Assembly (NCBI GenBank): GCA_965649265.1
Contig: CBFGKC010000003.1
Location: 117,641-181,640, forward strand
Reading direction: 5' to 3'
Length of the DNA: 64,000 bases
Origin: a candidate division WOR-3 bacterium
GTDB lineage: Bacteria > Hydrothermota > Tepidihabitantia > B3-TA06
The notes beneath the pieces were generated by a model. The model ran no database searches and was not told the origin of the DNA. It saw nothing but the letters and a program-made list of their open reading frames with translations. Shown here piece by piece: positions 49,413 to 59,370 of the stretch. The position numbers and the translations under genes are program-made. Each line of letters starts with the position of its first letter. Position 1 is the stretch's first letter.

Positions 49413-50804
49413 ATGAAAAAAACACTAATGGTTCTTTTCGCAGGAGCGTGCGCCCTTTCTGCCGTGGAGTGGCAAGTAGAGCAGGTTACAAATCAGACGG
49501 AATACGGCGCATACTCTCCCGTTCTTGCCCTGGATGCAGACGGAAAGGCCAGGATTTTATACCTGGATGAAATAACGGGTCTCAAGGTGGCTTCAAACGC
49601 CGCAGGGCCATGGAACATCAAGCCTGTCGCCGAGGTGAACGAGACATACGCGTACAGCATAGACGTGGATGATTCGGGAACGAGTTATGTGGCCTATGAT
49701 AACTTTGTGAGCGTGGATAATCCTGAAATCTTCTTCGCAACAGACAAGGGAGGTACATTTACACCCGTCAATATTACTAACGATGCCGCGTATCAGGCAG
49801 CGCCGGTTTTAAAGCTTGACAACGATAATATTCCGCACGTCGTTTACGCCCAGGCTTTAGGTGAAGAAGATATTCAGTTATACCACGGCTGGATAGACGG
49901 TGTCGAGCTGCACGCCGAAAAAGTTACCGGCAATTTCTACCAGGACGATTATTCAGGCTACGACATGGTTTTTGACCTTTCGGGTGACGTTCATATCTTC
50001 TATATTGGAGACGACTATTATCTGTGGCGCACCACGTCGGGTGAGCCGGCATGGATCAAAGAGAAGATCAACGAGCTTTCAAGCATGTGGCCGTCTGCCG
50101 TGGCTGATCCCATGGGTTCGTTGCACGTGGCATACGACGTAGACAATAAAAGTATCCACTACACCACGAACACAAACGGAACCTGGCAGGATGAACTCGT
50201 CTCCGACGGCGGCTCTGAGTACGGCGGAAACGTGAGACCGTGTCTTGTACTCGACGTGTTCTACGGGTACCATGCCCAGGGCAGCCCGCACGTCGCGTGG
50301 ATTCGGTACGACGACGAATACTGGGGCGACTTGTACTACTCGTCGAAACCCGAAGGAAGCTGGGTCGAAGAGGCGATTACCTCTGAGCCCGGCAAGGACG
50401 AATGGCCCGGATACGGCCGCTACTTTGCGATAGACAACGAGAACTACGGTCACATCGTCTACGACTTTCCTGACGAAAACGATGTATGGCAGATCATGTA
50501 TGCCAAAAGCAAGGAACCCCTTGCAGAACTTGTAGCCACAACTGAAGTTCCGCAGGTGCCCCCCTCCCCCTCCCTCAGGATCGAGGGTTCAAGGATATGT
50601 TTTGAACTTCCCCGAAGCTCCTTCGTCCGTTTGACCCTTTTCGACGCGACAGGCCGGATGGTTAAAGAATTGGCCTCAGGTACTTACCCGGCGGGTCGGA
50701 GCGAGATGACTGTGGTTTCCCGGGACCTTGCCCGGGGCGTCTACTTCGCAAGGCTCGAGTCGGAAGGCTTTTGCGCGAACGCAAGGATGGTCGTAATCGA
50801 ATAA
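49413..50804 (+). CDS. Secreted beta-propeller-repeat protein with T9SS C-terminal domain (copy 3)
   Basis: LSAVEWQVEQV, FAIDNENYGHI, LFDATGRM..GVYFARL. Confidence 0.78.
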   Translation: MKKTLMVLFAGACALSAVEWQVEQVTNQTEYGAYSPVLALDADGKARILYLDEITGLKVASNAAGPWNIKPVAEVNETYAYSIDVDDSGTSYVAYDNFVSVDNPEIFFATDKGGTFTPVNITNDAAYQAAPVLKLDNDNIPHVVYAQALGEEDIQLYHGWIDGVELHAEKVTGNFYQDDYSGYDMVFDLSGDVHIFYIGDDYYLWRTTSGEPAWIKEKINELSSMWPSAVADPMGSLHVAYDVDNKSIHYTTNTNGTWQDELVSDGGSEYGGNVRPCLVLDVFYGYHAQGSPHVAWIRYDDEYWGDLYYSSKPEGSWVEEAITSEPGKDEWPGYGRYFAIDNENYGHIVYDFPDENDVWQIMYAKSKEPLAELVATTEVPQVPPSPSLRIEGSRICFELPRSSFVRLTLFDATGRMVKELASGTYPAGRSEMTVVSRDLARGVYFARLESEGFCANARMVVIE

Positions 50805-50820
50805 AAGGCACTTGAGCACG

Positions 50821-50850
50821 AAAAAAGGGCGCAATGTGCGCCCTTTTATT
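50821..50850 (+). terminator. Rho-independent terminator
   Basis: AAAAGGGCGCA/TGCGCCCTTTT. Confidence 0.75.
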
Positions 50851-50966
50851 AGGGTCATATTTTTTACATCCTTGCTAGCACAATACACCTTTGAGTAATG
50901 GAATAAACTCAAAACAATGTTGTATGGCTAAGAGAACGTACAACGAACTTCGGTTCTGGAGGTATC

Positions 50967-52424
50967 ATGAAAAAAGCGCTTCTCGCTCTTTTCACAGGAG
51001 TGTGCGTTCTTTCCGCAGTGGAGTGGCAGATAGAACAAATAAACAACAACCCCGATTCAATAAGCGGCCTGCCGTCAATCGTCCTTGACCCTCAAGGCAA
51101 TCCGAGAATCATTTTCTTTGAGGTCGAGAATGGAGCCTATGATAACGTTGCCTTTAAAGTGGCGGCGCATGACGCAAACCCATGGGTTACTGACGAGATC
51201 TGCAAGGTCTGGGATATCGGTTACATCCCAAGCATCGCTACCGATTCAAAAGGAAACACCTTCATTGCGTACGATGCTCGCGAAATTGAAGAAGACGACT
51301 ACAGTGTCTTTCTTGCCTCGGATTCAAGCGGGACATACGGCTCCATGAGAGTTATCCCTGCTGACGGGTTTTGCTATGAGATGCCTACCGTAAAGGTCGG
51401 TCCGGATGGCAAGATTCACCTGGCCTATCTCAGGTGGATTGTAGATGAATTTGAAGATATTTACATATACGAGGTCCGCTACGGGTATCTTGACGGCGAA
51501 GACTTCATTTCCGAGGTGATTGACGACAGCTTCCTTCTCTCCGAGGAGTCATATGGGCCTCCTGAAGGCTCCTCGCCCATAGACTTCGTACTCGTAAACG
51601 ATGTTCCTAATGTTCTCTACGTCGACGGCGGCTCCAACCTTTGCCTCGCCGAGCGTATATCGGCTGGTAACTGGCATGTCGATACCGTCCAGACGCGGTC
51701 ATTGATGATTTCCGCAGCCGTTGACGCGCAGGGTAAGCTTCACCTCGCGTACCGAAAAGGCGAGTCATACGACAGCATCTATTACTCGACCAACAAGACG
51801 GGTACATGGCAGCACGAATTCGTTGCAAAGGTTCAGGAGCCGGCAATCGGTAGCAATTTCGGAGGAAACAGCGCCTTCTCTCTGGATCTGGACCCCAAGG
51901 GCAACCCTCAAATCGTTTGGTGCGATTACCGGCTCTCGGATTTTTTCTCTGACATGTACCGCTCCTGGAAGACCCCGGGCGGATGGAGCAAGGAGCCCGT
52001 CGTTTCCGATCCTGACCTGGCCGAAGGTAACCAGTTCTGCCGTTTCTTCAAGATCGACGGCGAAGGCTACGGGCACGTTGCCTATATGGCCGGCACCAGT
52101 GACGATGACATACAGGTTTACTACGCCAGGAGCAAGGAGCCGATAGGCGAGGTCTCGTCAGTGATAGAGAGCCCTCATCGGGTTCCCCTCTACCTTTCTG
52201 TTGAGGGAGCGCGTATTCGCTTTGAACTTTCCCGGGCCTCTCTTATTCGCCTGACTCTCTACGACGCATCCGGACGTATGGTCAGGGAATTGGCCTCAGG
52301 TACCTGCCCGGCGGGTCGAAGCGAGGTAGCGGTCGACACGAAAAACCTTTCGTCCGGCGTCTACTTCGCAAGGCTCGAATCGAACGGCATCTCTGTGAAC
52401 GCCAGGATGGTCGTAATAAAGTAG
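50967..52424 (+). CDS. Secreted beta-propeller-repeat protein with T9SS C-terminal domain (copy 4)
   Basis: LSAVEWQIEQI, FKIDGEGYGHV, LYDASGRM..GVYFARL. Confidence 0.78.
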   Translation: MKKALLALFTGVCVLSAVEWQIEQINNNPDSISGLPSIVLDPQGNPRIIFFEVENGAYDNVAFKVAAHDANPWVTDEICKVWDIGYIPSIATDSKGNTFIAYDAREIEEDDYSVFLASDSSGTYGSMRVIPADGFCYEMPTVKVGPDGKIHLAYLRWIVDEFEDIYIYEVRYGYLDGEDFISEVIDDSFLLSEESYGPPEGSSPIDFVLVNDVPNVLYVDGGSNLCLAERISAGNWHVDTVQTRSLMISAAVDAQGKLHLAYRKGESYDSIYYSTNKTGTWQHEFVAKVQEPAIGSNFGGNSAFSLDLDPKGNPQIVWCDYRLSDFFSDMYRSWKTPGGWSKEPVVSDPDLAEGNQFCRFFKIDGEGYGHVAYMAGTSDDDIQVYYARSKEPIGEVSSVIESPHRVPLYLSVEGARIRFELSRASLIRLTLYDASGRMVRELASGTCPAGRSEVAVDTKNLSSGVYFARLESNGISVNARMVVIK

Positions 52425-52440
52425 ATTACACTTGAGCACG

Positions 52441-52472
52441 AAAAAAAGGGGCGCGTGACGCGCCCCTTTTTT
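52441..52472. terminator. Bidirectional Rho-independent terminator
   Basis: AAAAAAGGGGCGCG/CGCGCCCCTTTTTT between convergent genes. Confidence 0.85.
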
Positions 52473-52487
52473 AATCTTTCGGGATAC

Positions 52488-53336
52488 TTACCAGGAGACT
52501 ACCTCGAGCGTCGGGCGCTTGGAAGCATCGCCATCCTTTGAGCCGTAATCCCTGCGGCCCGCCGAAGAGATTTCGTCCCTGGCCCGGATCATTATTCCGT
52601 AATTGTTAATTCCCGCTATCCAGTTCTGCACAGCAGGAGTTACATCGACGTAAAAGGTGCCCACGGCGGCTATCGTGTCCGTGTAAGCTGCGAAGCTCGA
52701 TGAGGAGGTGTTCGGCTGGTTATTCCAGTTCAGACTTCCGCCCTGCCAGTCATTCGAGATGGAGTAAAACAGCATATAGAGAGTATCCGTCGGAAAATAT
52801 TCCCTGTAAAGCCTCAAGCGGGCGCGGCGGAAGGTTTCGCCGGACGGTATCGGAGGGGTAAGGAATCTTATGAACGAACGGAAGTATCCGTTCTCGCTTT
52901 CTTCATATCCGACGAGCAAATACTCACCGTCGCCGTATGAGTTTGAAGGATATGCACTATAGGCGTAAGTGTCGTCTGTGGCATCGTACGCGTTAAAGGA
53001 AACCTCTACCGTAAGCTCAATTATGGCCGTGTCGGATTCAGAGTCTTTATTGGTCGCGATCACGGTTACCGTATCGACGGTCGTCGTCCAGAGGAAATCG
53101 GGCGCGGTCCAGGTTGCCTCCTCGCCCGTGCCCTGAACGGTACCGAGCGAGGCGCTCCAGCTGTAGGTTACACCGGTCGTATCTTCGACGATACAGTGAA
53201 GGATTGTGCTCTGCCCGGGCATGAGGGCGGTATCGCCGGCATTAAGTTCCGTGATGGTTACCGGCGTCGGTTTGCTGCAGACCACGAGACCTGCCACGAT
53301 AGCAAAGGAAGATATTATCAAAAGCGCACGTTTCAT
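52488..53336 (-). CDS. Lipoprotein with an Ig/PKD-like domain and a DNRLRE (CBM96-like) domain
   Basis: GGAGG RBS, LVVC lipobox; DTY..NYG-like, RSFIRF, WNNQP, DVTPAVQNW, NYGIM, RPTLEV. Confidence 0.7.
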   Translation of the reverse strand: MKRALLIISSFAIVAGLVVCSKPTPVTITELNAGDTALMPGQSTILHCIVEDTTGVTYSWSASLGTVQGTGEEATWTAPDFLWTTTVDTVTVIATNKDSESDTAIIELTVEVSFNAYDATDDTYAYSAYPSNSYGDGEYLLVGYEESENGYFRSFIRFLTPPIPSGETFRRARLRLYREYFPTDTLYMLFYSISNDWQGGSLNWNNQPNTSSSSFAAYTDTIAAVGTFYVDVTPAVQNWIAGINNYGIMIRARDEISSAGRRDYGSKDGDASKRPTLEVVSW

Positions 53337-53382
53337 ACTGCCTCCTTTTGACTTTTGAACCCGGCAAGCTTCATCGAGCGGC

Positions 53383-54288
53383 TTACTGGGCGGTTTTGGA
53401 AACATTCAAAGCGTAAGGTTCAAGATAATTGAACGCCACCAGACCCTTGCCCCACGAGGGATAGGCCCCCCGTTCGTCCGTAACCTCGATAAACCAGTAC
53501 CCGGAATCAAAAGACTTTGATTCGTAAGGTGTTATGAGGTCGAACACCGCCGAAGTATCCTTCACGGCTCCGAAGAGGGTTCCGTCCGGCTTGTAGAGCA
53601 CAAGCTCGGGCTCCGCGTCTCCTCCGAGCTTTGAGACTTTTACGTAAAGCATTGTGGTGTCTGTAAGTTCAAATTTGAAAAAATCGGGCAGCGACTTCAT
53701 CGGCTCCACCGTATCGCTGAAGGCGTCGCAAAGGTACGAGCCGTCGTGGGTGAAGCCGGGAACTATTTCGTTTGCAGACGTGGTGTCGTCGTCGGGTTCA
53801 AAGGGATCGTTAATGGTGCTTCCGGATATGATGATGCCGTATTTGTAGCGGTCGGTACCGGCGTCACCCTTGGGTGTGAGTCTTAAGTAAAAAATCTCTC
53901 CCGGACGGGCTGCAATCCAAGAGCAGGGTTCGGTGCTGGAGTTGCGTGAATCCACGAGCAAAGCTTTATCATACGTTAAGAGTTCCGCCCTGAGGTAGAA
54001 ATCGTTTGTTACAGGTTCAATAATCACAAGCTTTACAAGAAGCACCGTACCGAAGGACTTGTTATCGGGAACACCGAACTCGAATATCTCCACGGAATCA
54101 GTCAATGGAACGGAGATGGTGTCCGAATACGGTGTAGATACGGTCCATGCGCTGTCAAATGTGTTGTTGGCTGTCGGATCGGGGAGGGGGTCAGTGGATT
54201 CGTCGCAGTCGAGACCCGCTATCAAAAAGACGAGAGAGAATAAAAAAATCAAGGTAACCCTTTTTACGAAAGACCTTAAATTATTCAT
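53383..54288 (-). CDS. Hypothetical lipoprotein with PPC-like beta-sandwich repeats
   Basis: GLDC lipobox; NNTFDSA and DPFEPDD..A motifs; DFFKFE. Confidence 0.6.
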   Translation of the reverse strand: MNNLRSFVKRVTLIFLFSLVFLIAGLDCDESTDPLPDPTANNTFDSAWTVSTPYSDTISVPLTDSVEIFEFGVPDNKSFGTVLLVKLVIIEPVTNDFYLRAELLTYDKALLVDSRNSSTEPCSWIAARPGEIFYLRLTPKGDAGTDRYKYGIIISGSTINDPFEPDDDTTSANEIVPGFTHDGSYLCDAFSDTVEPMKSLPDFFKFELTDTTMLYVKVSKLGGDAEPELVLYKPDGTLFGAVKDTSAVFDLITPYESKSFDSGYWFIEVTDERGAYPSWGKGLVAFNYLEPYALNVSKTAQ

Positions 54289-54353
54289 CCACAAGAATAA
54301 CCGATACTTGCCGCTTGTCAAGATCGGAACATCGGAGACTTTTAAAAACCGTC

Positions 54354-54381
54354 TTGACAAGTTTTTTGTCGAGCTTATAAT
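54354..54381 (+). promoter_or_regulatory. Consensus sigma70-like promoter
   Basis: TTGACA-N16-TATAAT. Confidence 0.7.
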
Positions 54382-54426
54382 AAATTTGTTAACCAAGATT
54401 CCCCAAAAAAGGGGAAGGAGGAGAAA

Positions 54427-57021
54427 ATGAGTATCTTGGGTTTAACATTATCATTGTCCGTCATCCTGAATTCGGGAGTAATCAAGGATGACTTTCTCGT
54501 AAGTATCGATTTACCATCAAAATGCAACAAAAACGGGGTATTTGCCGCGTCCACTGCAGCAGGATGGTTTGCAGCATGGGTTGACAACCGCAATGCCTCA
54601 GCCGATATATACGGACAGGCGCTTTCATCCACTCTTACGCCGTTGGGCGAAAACACCATGCTCAACTTTGATTCGACCGGCGTCGAGGAATCAATGGTGG
54701 GAGTCGTTTCCGACAGTCTGGGCAACGTTATAGTCATGTGGCAAAGCAACCAGGGGAGTTCTTGGGACTACCATTTGCGAAAGATGTCGCCCTCAGGTGT
54801 TCCCCTTGTGAAGGACACCCTCCTATTCTCCCTTCCGCAGTACTGTTATGCCAGCGTTGCCATGAACGCCAAGGGCGAGTATGCTTTGGTCTGGCAGGAT
54901 GCAGGTTATATAGGGATTGCGTTCTTCAACCCGGACGGTTCGCGCAAGGCCGAGGCAAAGGAAGTCGCAAAGAATGAACCAAGACCAGGGGTGTTTCCGC
55001 GCGTAGCCATTGCTTCTAACGGCGCAACAATCGTGACATGGCAACATCTGACCACCATTCCGCCGGATACGGTCGCCAGAATATACGCTCGATGTTACAA
55101 TACCAGGTGCGAACCCAGGGGAGAGGTTTTTGAGGTTTTAAGCGCCACTAACAGCATTGAAGTAAAACCAAGTGTATTGTCCCTTGCCGTTGGTTCAGAT
55201 CATGCGGGAAGGTTCATCATCTCATGGATTATGATTGATGCTTCCCTGTTCCAAGATGATGTGAGGCTTTACTCGAGGTCGTATGCGTGGGACGGCTCCG
55301 CATATGGCCCTGTAAAGGAAATTGCTAAGGGAGTGGGGTCGTCGCACAAGATGGCTGTGGCCTGGGACGGAAGTTACAGCATCGCCTGGAGTCAGGATGG
55401 AGCTTACCTGCAGAGCTTTTACGCCGACGGTTCGGCGAGAGGACCACTGCTCGATATAGGCGGAGGCAGGGGGGAAATCCAGGACCTGGCGCTTCGTTCG
55501 GATCAGTGGTTTGCCGTTTATTCCTTTGAAAACGACATCTACTGCAGGTGCGGTATGGTGCAGGGATCAATGATCGGCTCCGAGGCGCTTCTCAATGACG
55601 ACGAAGGCTCATCGAACCAGACCAGTCCCCAGGTCTTTACAAGGGATGCAGGGGATTTTGACGTTTTCTGGGATCCAGGCGGGTTTATCGCCGAGACTGA
55701 ATTCGTTTTTACATCAAACAACCAGGGGCGGCGCTTTACGGGTGGCGGTTCCCCAGTCGGCGCGGAATTTTCCATACAAAGGGGTCCCGGAAGTATGAAC
55801 CCTGAGACGGGTGAGTTCGTAAAAACCTGGTTTACGCAGTTTACGGACAGTTTTTACTATATGCAAAGATACTCCTCAATCGGTCAGTCTATGGGCGGCT
55901 CTGTAAAAATCAACCCGCGCAAGCTTGTAAACAGCATGATGGCGAATTACGTCAATATCTCAATGAACCGCAAAGGAAATATTGTTGCGCTGTGGAGTGA
56001 TACAGATTCCCTAGGTATTAAGCGAAAACTTTTTGCCCGGCGTTTTAACAAGGACAATAAACCGATTGATGCCGAAGCGATAGAAGTGGCACCCGCTCTG
56101 ACTCCCACTTCTGTCTACTCATATCTGGACGTGGCGATGAGAGAGGATAACGGGTTCATCGCGGCGTTTCTTGTTCTGCAGCAGCAAAATCCGACCTCGA
56201 TCTATTGCTGCTATGCGCAGATTTTCGATAAAGATGGAAACGCCCTGGGAGAACCGATCAAGGTAAGTGAAAACGTTGAGGTGATTTCAGAGGCTCGCCC
56301 GCCGTCCCTTGCGGTCGACACAAGCGGTAACTTTTGCGTGACCTGGGGCACATGCGAGTCCGGCGGCGATCGTACATTATACGCGCAGTGTTATGATGCC
56401 TCCGGCCAAAAGCTCGGAGGTAATCTTAATACCGGCATAATGATGGGTTCACTGGTCGGAGTCGGTATAGCGGCAAGACCCTCCGGCGGTTACGTCATCT
56501 TCGGCACCGATTACGTAGACGGACACGGTAACTCCAACGTCAGCGCATATTATGTCAACAAGGATGGAACGGCCGTGGGCCGCAAGGTTCAAATAAACCA
56601 GCCCGACTTTTTCCCGGCCAACTACCAGCGCACCGGTTCCAACAGCGTCGCAGCGACCGATGACCGCATTATCTATACCTGGCTCGATAACCGGCGTCAC
56701 AAGGGCTGGGACGTCTACGCGAAGGTTACAGACTGGGATGCCTCGGGTATCTCCACTCCGCTAACACCAGAGAATTATGAACCTTACGAACTGGAAGTGA
56801 CTAATTCAATCGGACGCGAGATTACGCTTCATTACTCCAACTATGCCGGAGGTTTTTGCGCATCGGTCTACGACGCTTCGGGTCGAAAGATTGATAAGAT
56901 ACAATCCTCCGCGACTTCGGGTGTAGTTGTGTGGGGAGGGGAGCACCGGGCGCCTGGCGTATACTTCATTGTGCCGCAGCAAAGCGACCCGTCGGTCACA
57001 AAGGTTGTACTGGTGAAGTGA
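54427..57021 (+). CDS. Large secreted repeat (beta-propeller) protein with T9SS-like C-terminal domain
   Basis: Repeated VAMxxxGxFxxxW..IYAxxYxxxGxPxGxE units; VYDASGRK..GVYFI tail. Confidence 0.72.
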   Translation: MSILGLTLSLSVILNSGVIKDDFLVSIDLPSKCNKNGVFAASTAAGWFAAWVDNRNASADIYGQALSSTLTPLGENTMLNFDSTGVEESMVGVVSDSLGNVIVMWQSNQGSSWDYHLRKMSPSGVPLVKDTLLFSLPQYCYASVAMNAKGEYALVWQDAGYIGIAFFNPDGSRKAEAKEVAKNEPRPGVFPRVAIASNGATIVTWQHLTTIPPDTVARIYARCYNTRCEPRGEVFEVLSATNSIEVKPSVLSLAVGSDHAGRFIISWIMIDASLFQDDVRLYSRSYAWDGSAYGPVKEIAKGVGSSHKMAVAWDGSYSIAWSQDGAYLQSFYADGSARGPLLDIGGGRGEIQDLALRSDQWFAVYSFENDIYCRCGMVQGSMIGSEALLNDDEGSSNQTSPQVFTRDAGDFDVFWDPGGFIAETEFVFTSNNQGRRFTGGGSPVGAEFSIQRGPGSMNPETGEFVKTWFTQFTDSFYYMQRYSSIGQSMGGSVKINPRKLVNSMMANYVNISMNRKGNIVALWSDTDSLGIKRKLFARRFNKDNKPIDAEAIEVAPALTPTSVYSYLDVAMREDNGFIAAFLVLQQQNPTSIYCCYAQIFDKDGNALGEPIKVSENVEVISEARPPSLAVDTSGNFCVTWGTCESGGDRTLYAQCYDASGQKLGGNLNTGIMMGSLVGVGIAARPSGGYVIFGTDYVDGHGNSNVSAYYVNKDGTAVGRKVQINQPDFFPANYQRTGSNSVAATDDRIIYTWLDNRRHKGWDVYAKVTDWDASGISTPLTPENYEPYELEVTNSIGREITLHYSNYAGGFCASVYDASGRKIDKIQSSATSGVVVWGGEHRAPGVYFIVPQQSDPSVTKVVLVK

Positions 57022-57162
57022 CAGACGGCATGCGCGCATAAGTGACGTAGTTTCGGGCGTAGAAAATCAAGGATGGCTGGGGGAGGAGACGGCTGGATTA
57101 GTTTAGGGCGAATGTGCTTCTCGTTTTGCTAGTGGATAAGTGATTCACAGGAGGAAACTTAT

Positions 57163-58188
57163 ATGATTCGCAATCAATGGTATGCAGTGCTCGATTCAAA
57201 GGAGGTCAAGCCGGGGGTACCCTTGGGTGTAACTCGCATGGGTGAGAAGCTTGTGTTCTGGCGCACGGAGTCCGGGGAGATCGCCTGCTTGCGTGACAAG
57301 TGCGCGCACCGCGGCGTGCAACTTTCGTATGGGTGTGTCTTAGGCGACAACGTCATGTGCCCGTTTCACGGGTTCCGTTACGACTCTTCGGGTCGCGGGG
57401 TGATGATCCCGGCAAACGGCCGTAACTCGCCTGTTCCCAATAACTTCAAGGTGCCGTCCTATCCCGCTCGTGACGCGCACGGTTTCATCTGGATTTACTG
57501 GCCCTCCTCGCCCTCCTCGCCCTCCTCAGAACTCACCTCACCCTCCTCAGAATCCTCCACGCCCGATCTCTCTAAGTTACAGCCTGTCAAGTGGTTCGAC
57601 AACCTCGATGAGAGCTTCTACTATTCTACAAAACCCGATCCGTGGAACGCGCACTACTCACGCGTGATTGAAAACCAGCTCGACGTCGTGCACGTGCCGT
57701 TCGTGCACTATAACACCATCGGCAGGGGCTGTCGAACCCTCGTACATGGGCCACTTGCGGAACTTTCAAACGACGAAATCCGAATCTGGATGCACAACGT
57801 TTCAGATGACGGCCACACGCGACCAATGAAGCCGGAAGAACTCGATAAGTCCTTATCACCAGTGTATTTATACTTCATCTTCCCGAACATCTGGCAGAAC
57901 GTCATCTCGAAAGACCTGCGGGTCATGATCGCGTTCGCGCCCGTTGATGACGCGCACACGATGGCGTATATCCGCTTCTATCAAAGATTTATGAAGTTCC
58001 CAGGCATCCGGCACATCATCCATTATTTCGGCGACCGCTACAATCTCAAGGTCGCGCACCAGGACCGCCGCGTGGTCGAGACGCAACAGCCCAAGCCGTC
58101 GGGACTTAAGATCGGCGAGAACCTCATCCAGGGCGACAACCCGGTCGTTCTGTACCGCCGCCGGCGCGAGGAATTGCAGAAAAAATAG
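57163..58188 (+). CDS. Rieske aromatic-ring-hydroxylating oxygenase alpha subunit (VanA/KshA-like)
   Basis: CAHRG..CPFHG Rieske motif; ENQLDVVHVPFVH mononuclear iron motif; QDRRVVE. Confidence 0.92.
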   Translation: MIRNQWYAVLDSKEVKPGVPLGVTRMGEKLVFWRTESGEIACLRDKCAHRGVQLSYGCVLGDNVMCPFHGFRYDSSGRGVMIPANGRNSPVPNNFKVPSYPARDAHGFIWIYWPSSPSSPSSELTSPSSESSTPDLSKLQPVKWFDNLDESFYYSTKPDPWNAHYSRVIENQLDVVHVPFVHYNTIGRGCRTLVHGPLAELSNDEIRIWMHNVSDDGHTRPMKPEELDKSLSPVYLYFIFPNIWQNVISKDLRVMIAFAPVDDAHTMAYIRFYQRFMKFPGIRHIIHYFGDRYNLKVAHQDRRVVETQQPKPSGLKIGENLIQGDNPVVLYRRRREELQKK

Positions 58189-58712
58189 TACCGCAAAAGG
58201 TATCATTTTGTGGCGAAAAAAGCTGGACAAAAGTGGGACAAATTCCGCAGCCCAAAACTGCACTTAGAGAATTACGCTTCTTTTGAAACCACATCCCGTT
58301 GTCACTTACAAAGGTGCGAACAAAGCTAAATGGACGTGCTTCGAAAATGGCCAAAAACGGGGTTTTCGATACCCCAAAGGATTGCCGGAGGCACTCCTTT
58401 GGGGACCCCGACGATTTTTGACCACTCCGGGAAGTCAAACTTCCGTTCCAAATGAAGGCCTTCCTCGTCACAATGTACTCCTTTTGGGGCCCCCGTGACT
58501 TTCAAAGAAAGTCGTCAGAAGTTTTCCTTCAAAATCAAATAAGGTAAAGGAAAACTTTAAACACTCCGAAGCTTGGTCAGTCAGGATTAACGGTTCGTGT
58601 CCCGGTTTGAAGAAGCGCGTCAGCGCCTCTCTTTTGAAGGGAGGTGTCCTCTACAAGGGAGCGGACGGAGGGAGCCATCTATTTTCGTCTTGACGAAAAT
58701 GCTCCTTGGGAT

Positions 58713-58743
58713 CCCCGTGAAATTACGGAGTAATTTCACGGGG
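58713..58743. repeat. Perfect 14-bp inverted repeat (REP-like element or terminator)
   Basis: CCCCGTGAAATTAC-GGA-GTAATTTCACGGGG. Confidence 0.7.
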
Positions 58744-58749
58744 GTGTTT

Positions 58750-59214
58750 TTAAAAGTAATACCTGACGCCGATCCCTGCGCCGAGCCCGAGCCCGATTCC
58801 GGGAAGAAGGTTGAGCCTTGGGTCGAGCTGGGCGTAGAATCCGAACGAGCGGTAAATGTATTCGAGCCCGAGCGGAACCCTTGCACCCAGAAGGGCCTCG
58901 CTTACGCCGGTGTTGCGGTTGCTGCCCCCGCCCAGTATGCCGCCCACGCCCACGTACAGCGCAAACGAGCCCGCGGCAACACTTTGCGGAAAGTGCCACA
59001 GATACCCGGCCTGCACGGTGAACTTCTGCGCCACAAGGTTCCAGCCCAGCGCCGCGTCTATCGCGTTTCTTGAGCCGACCCAGAACTTTGCCGAAAGCGC
59101 CGTCGGCTCACCGAGCTGCAAACCCAAGCCAATGCTCCCGTGTCCTGCCGCCGCCCGCGCGGCCAGAGGCACAAATATCAATGTCAAAAGAAAAATGATG
59201 GTTAAGCGCTTCAA
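58750..59214 (-). CDS. Small outer-membrane beta-barrel protein (DUF3996-like)
   Basis: TTG start after AGGAGG; signal peptide; GLGLQLGEPTALSAKFW, RVPLGLEY, terminal RYYF. Confidence 0.75.
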   Translation of the reverse strand: MKRLTIIFLLTLIFVPLAARAAAGHGSIGLGLQLGEPTALSAKFWVGSRNAIDAALGWNLVAQKFTVQAGYLWHFPQSVAAGSFALYVGVGGILGGGSNRNTGVSEALLGARVPLGLEYIYRSFGFYAQLDPRLNLLPGIGLGLGAGIGVRYYF

Positions 59215-59370
59215 GATAGCCTCCTGTTTCCTTAAGATTAGGCTCAGGGAGGAGCATGTCAAGGGTGTTACGGGCGGTGTTACGGGGCTCTCCTCAGATA
59301 CACCTCAAAGATAGCACCACGTAAGAGAGGAACTGAACTGCGTCTTTTCAAGTCGCTCACGATGAGAGGG

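Noticed and set aside
50660-52472. Diversity-generating retroelement TR/VR pair among the paralogue C-termini
   Set aside because: Mismatches are not adenine-specific, both copies are coding, and there is no reverse transcriptase in the window.
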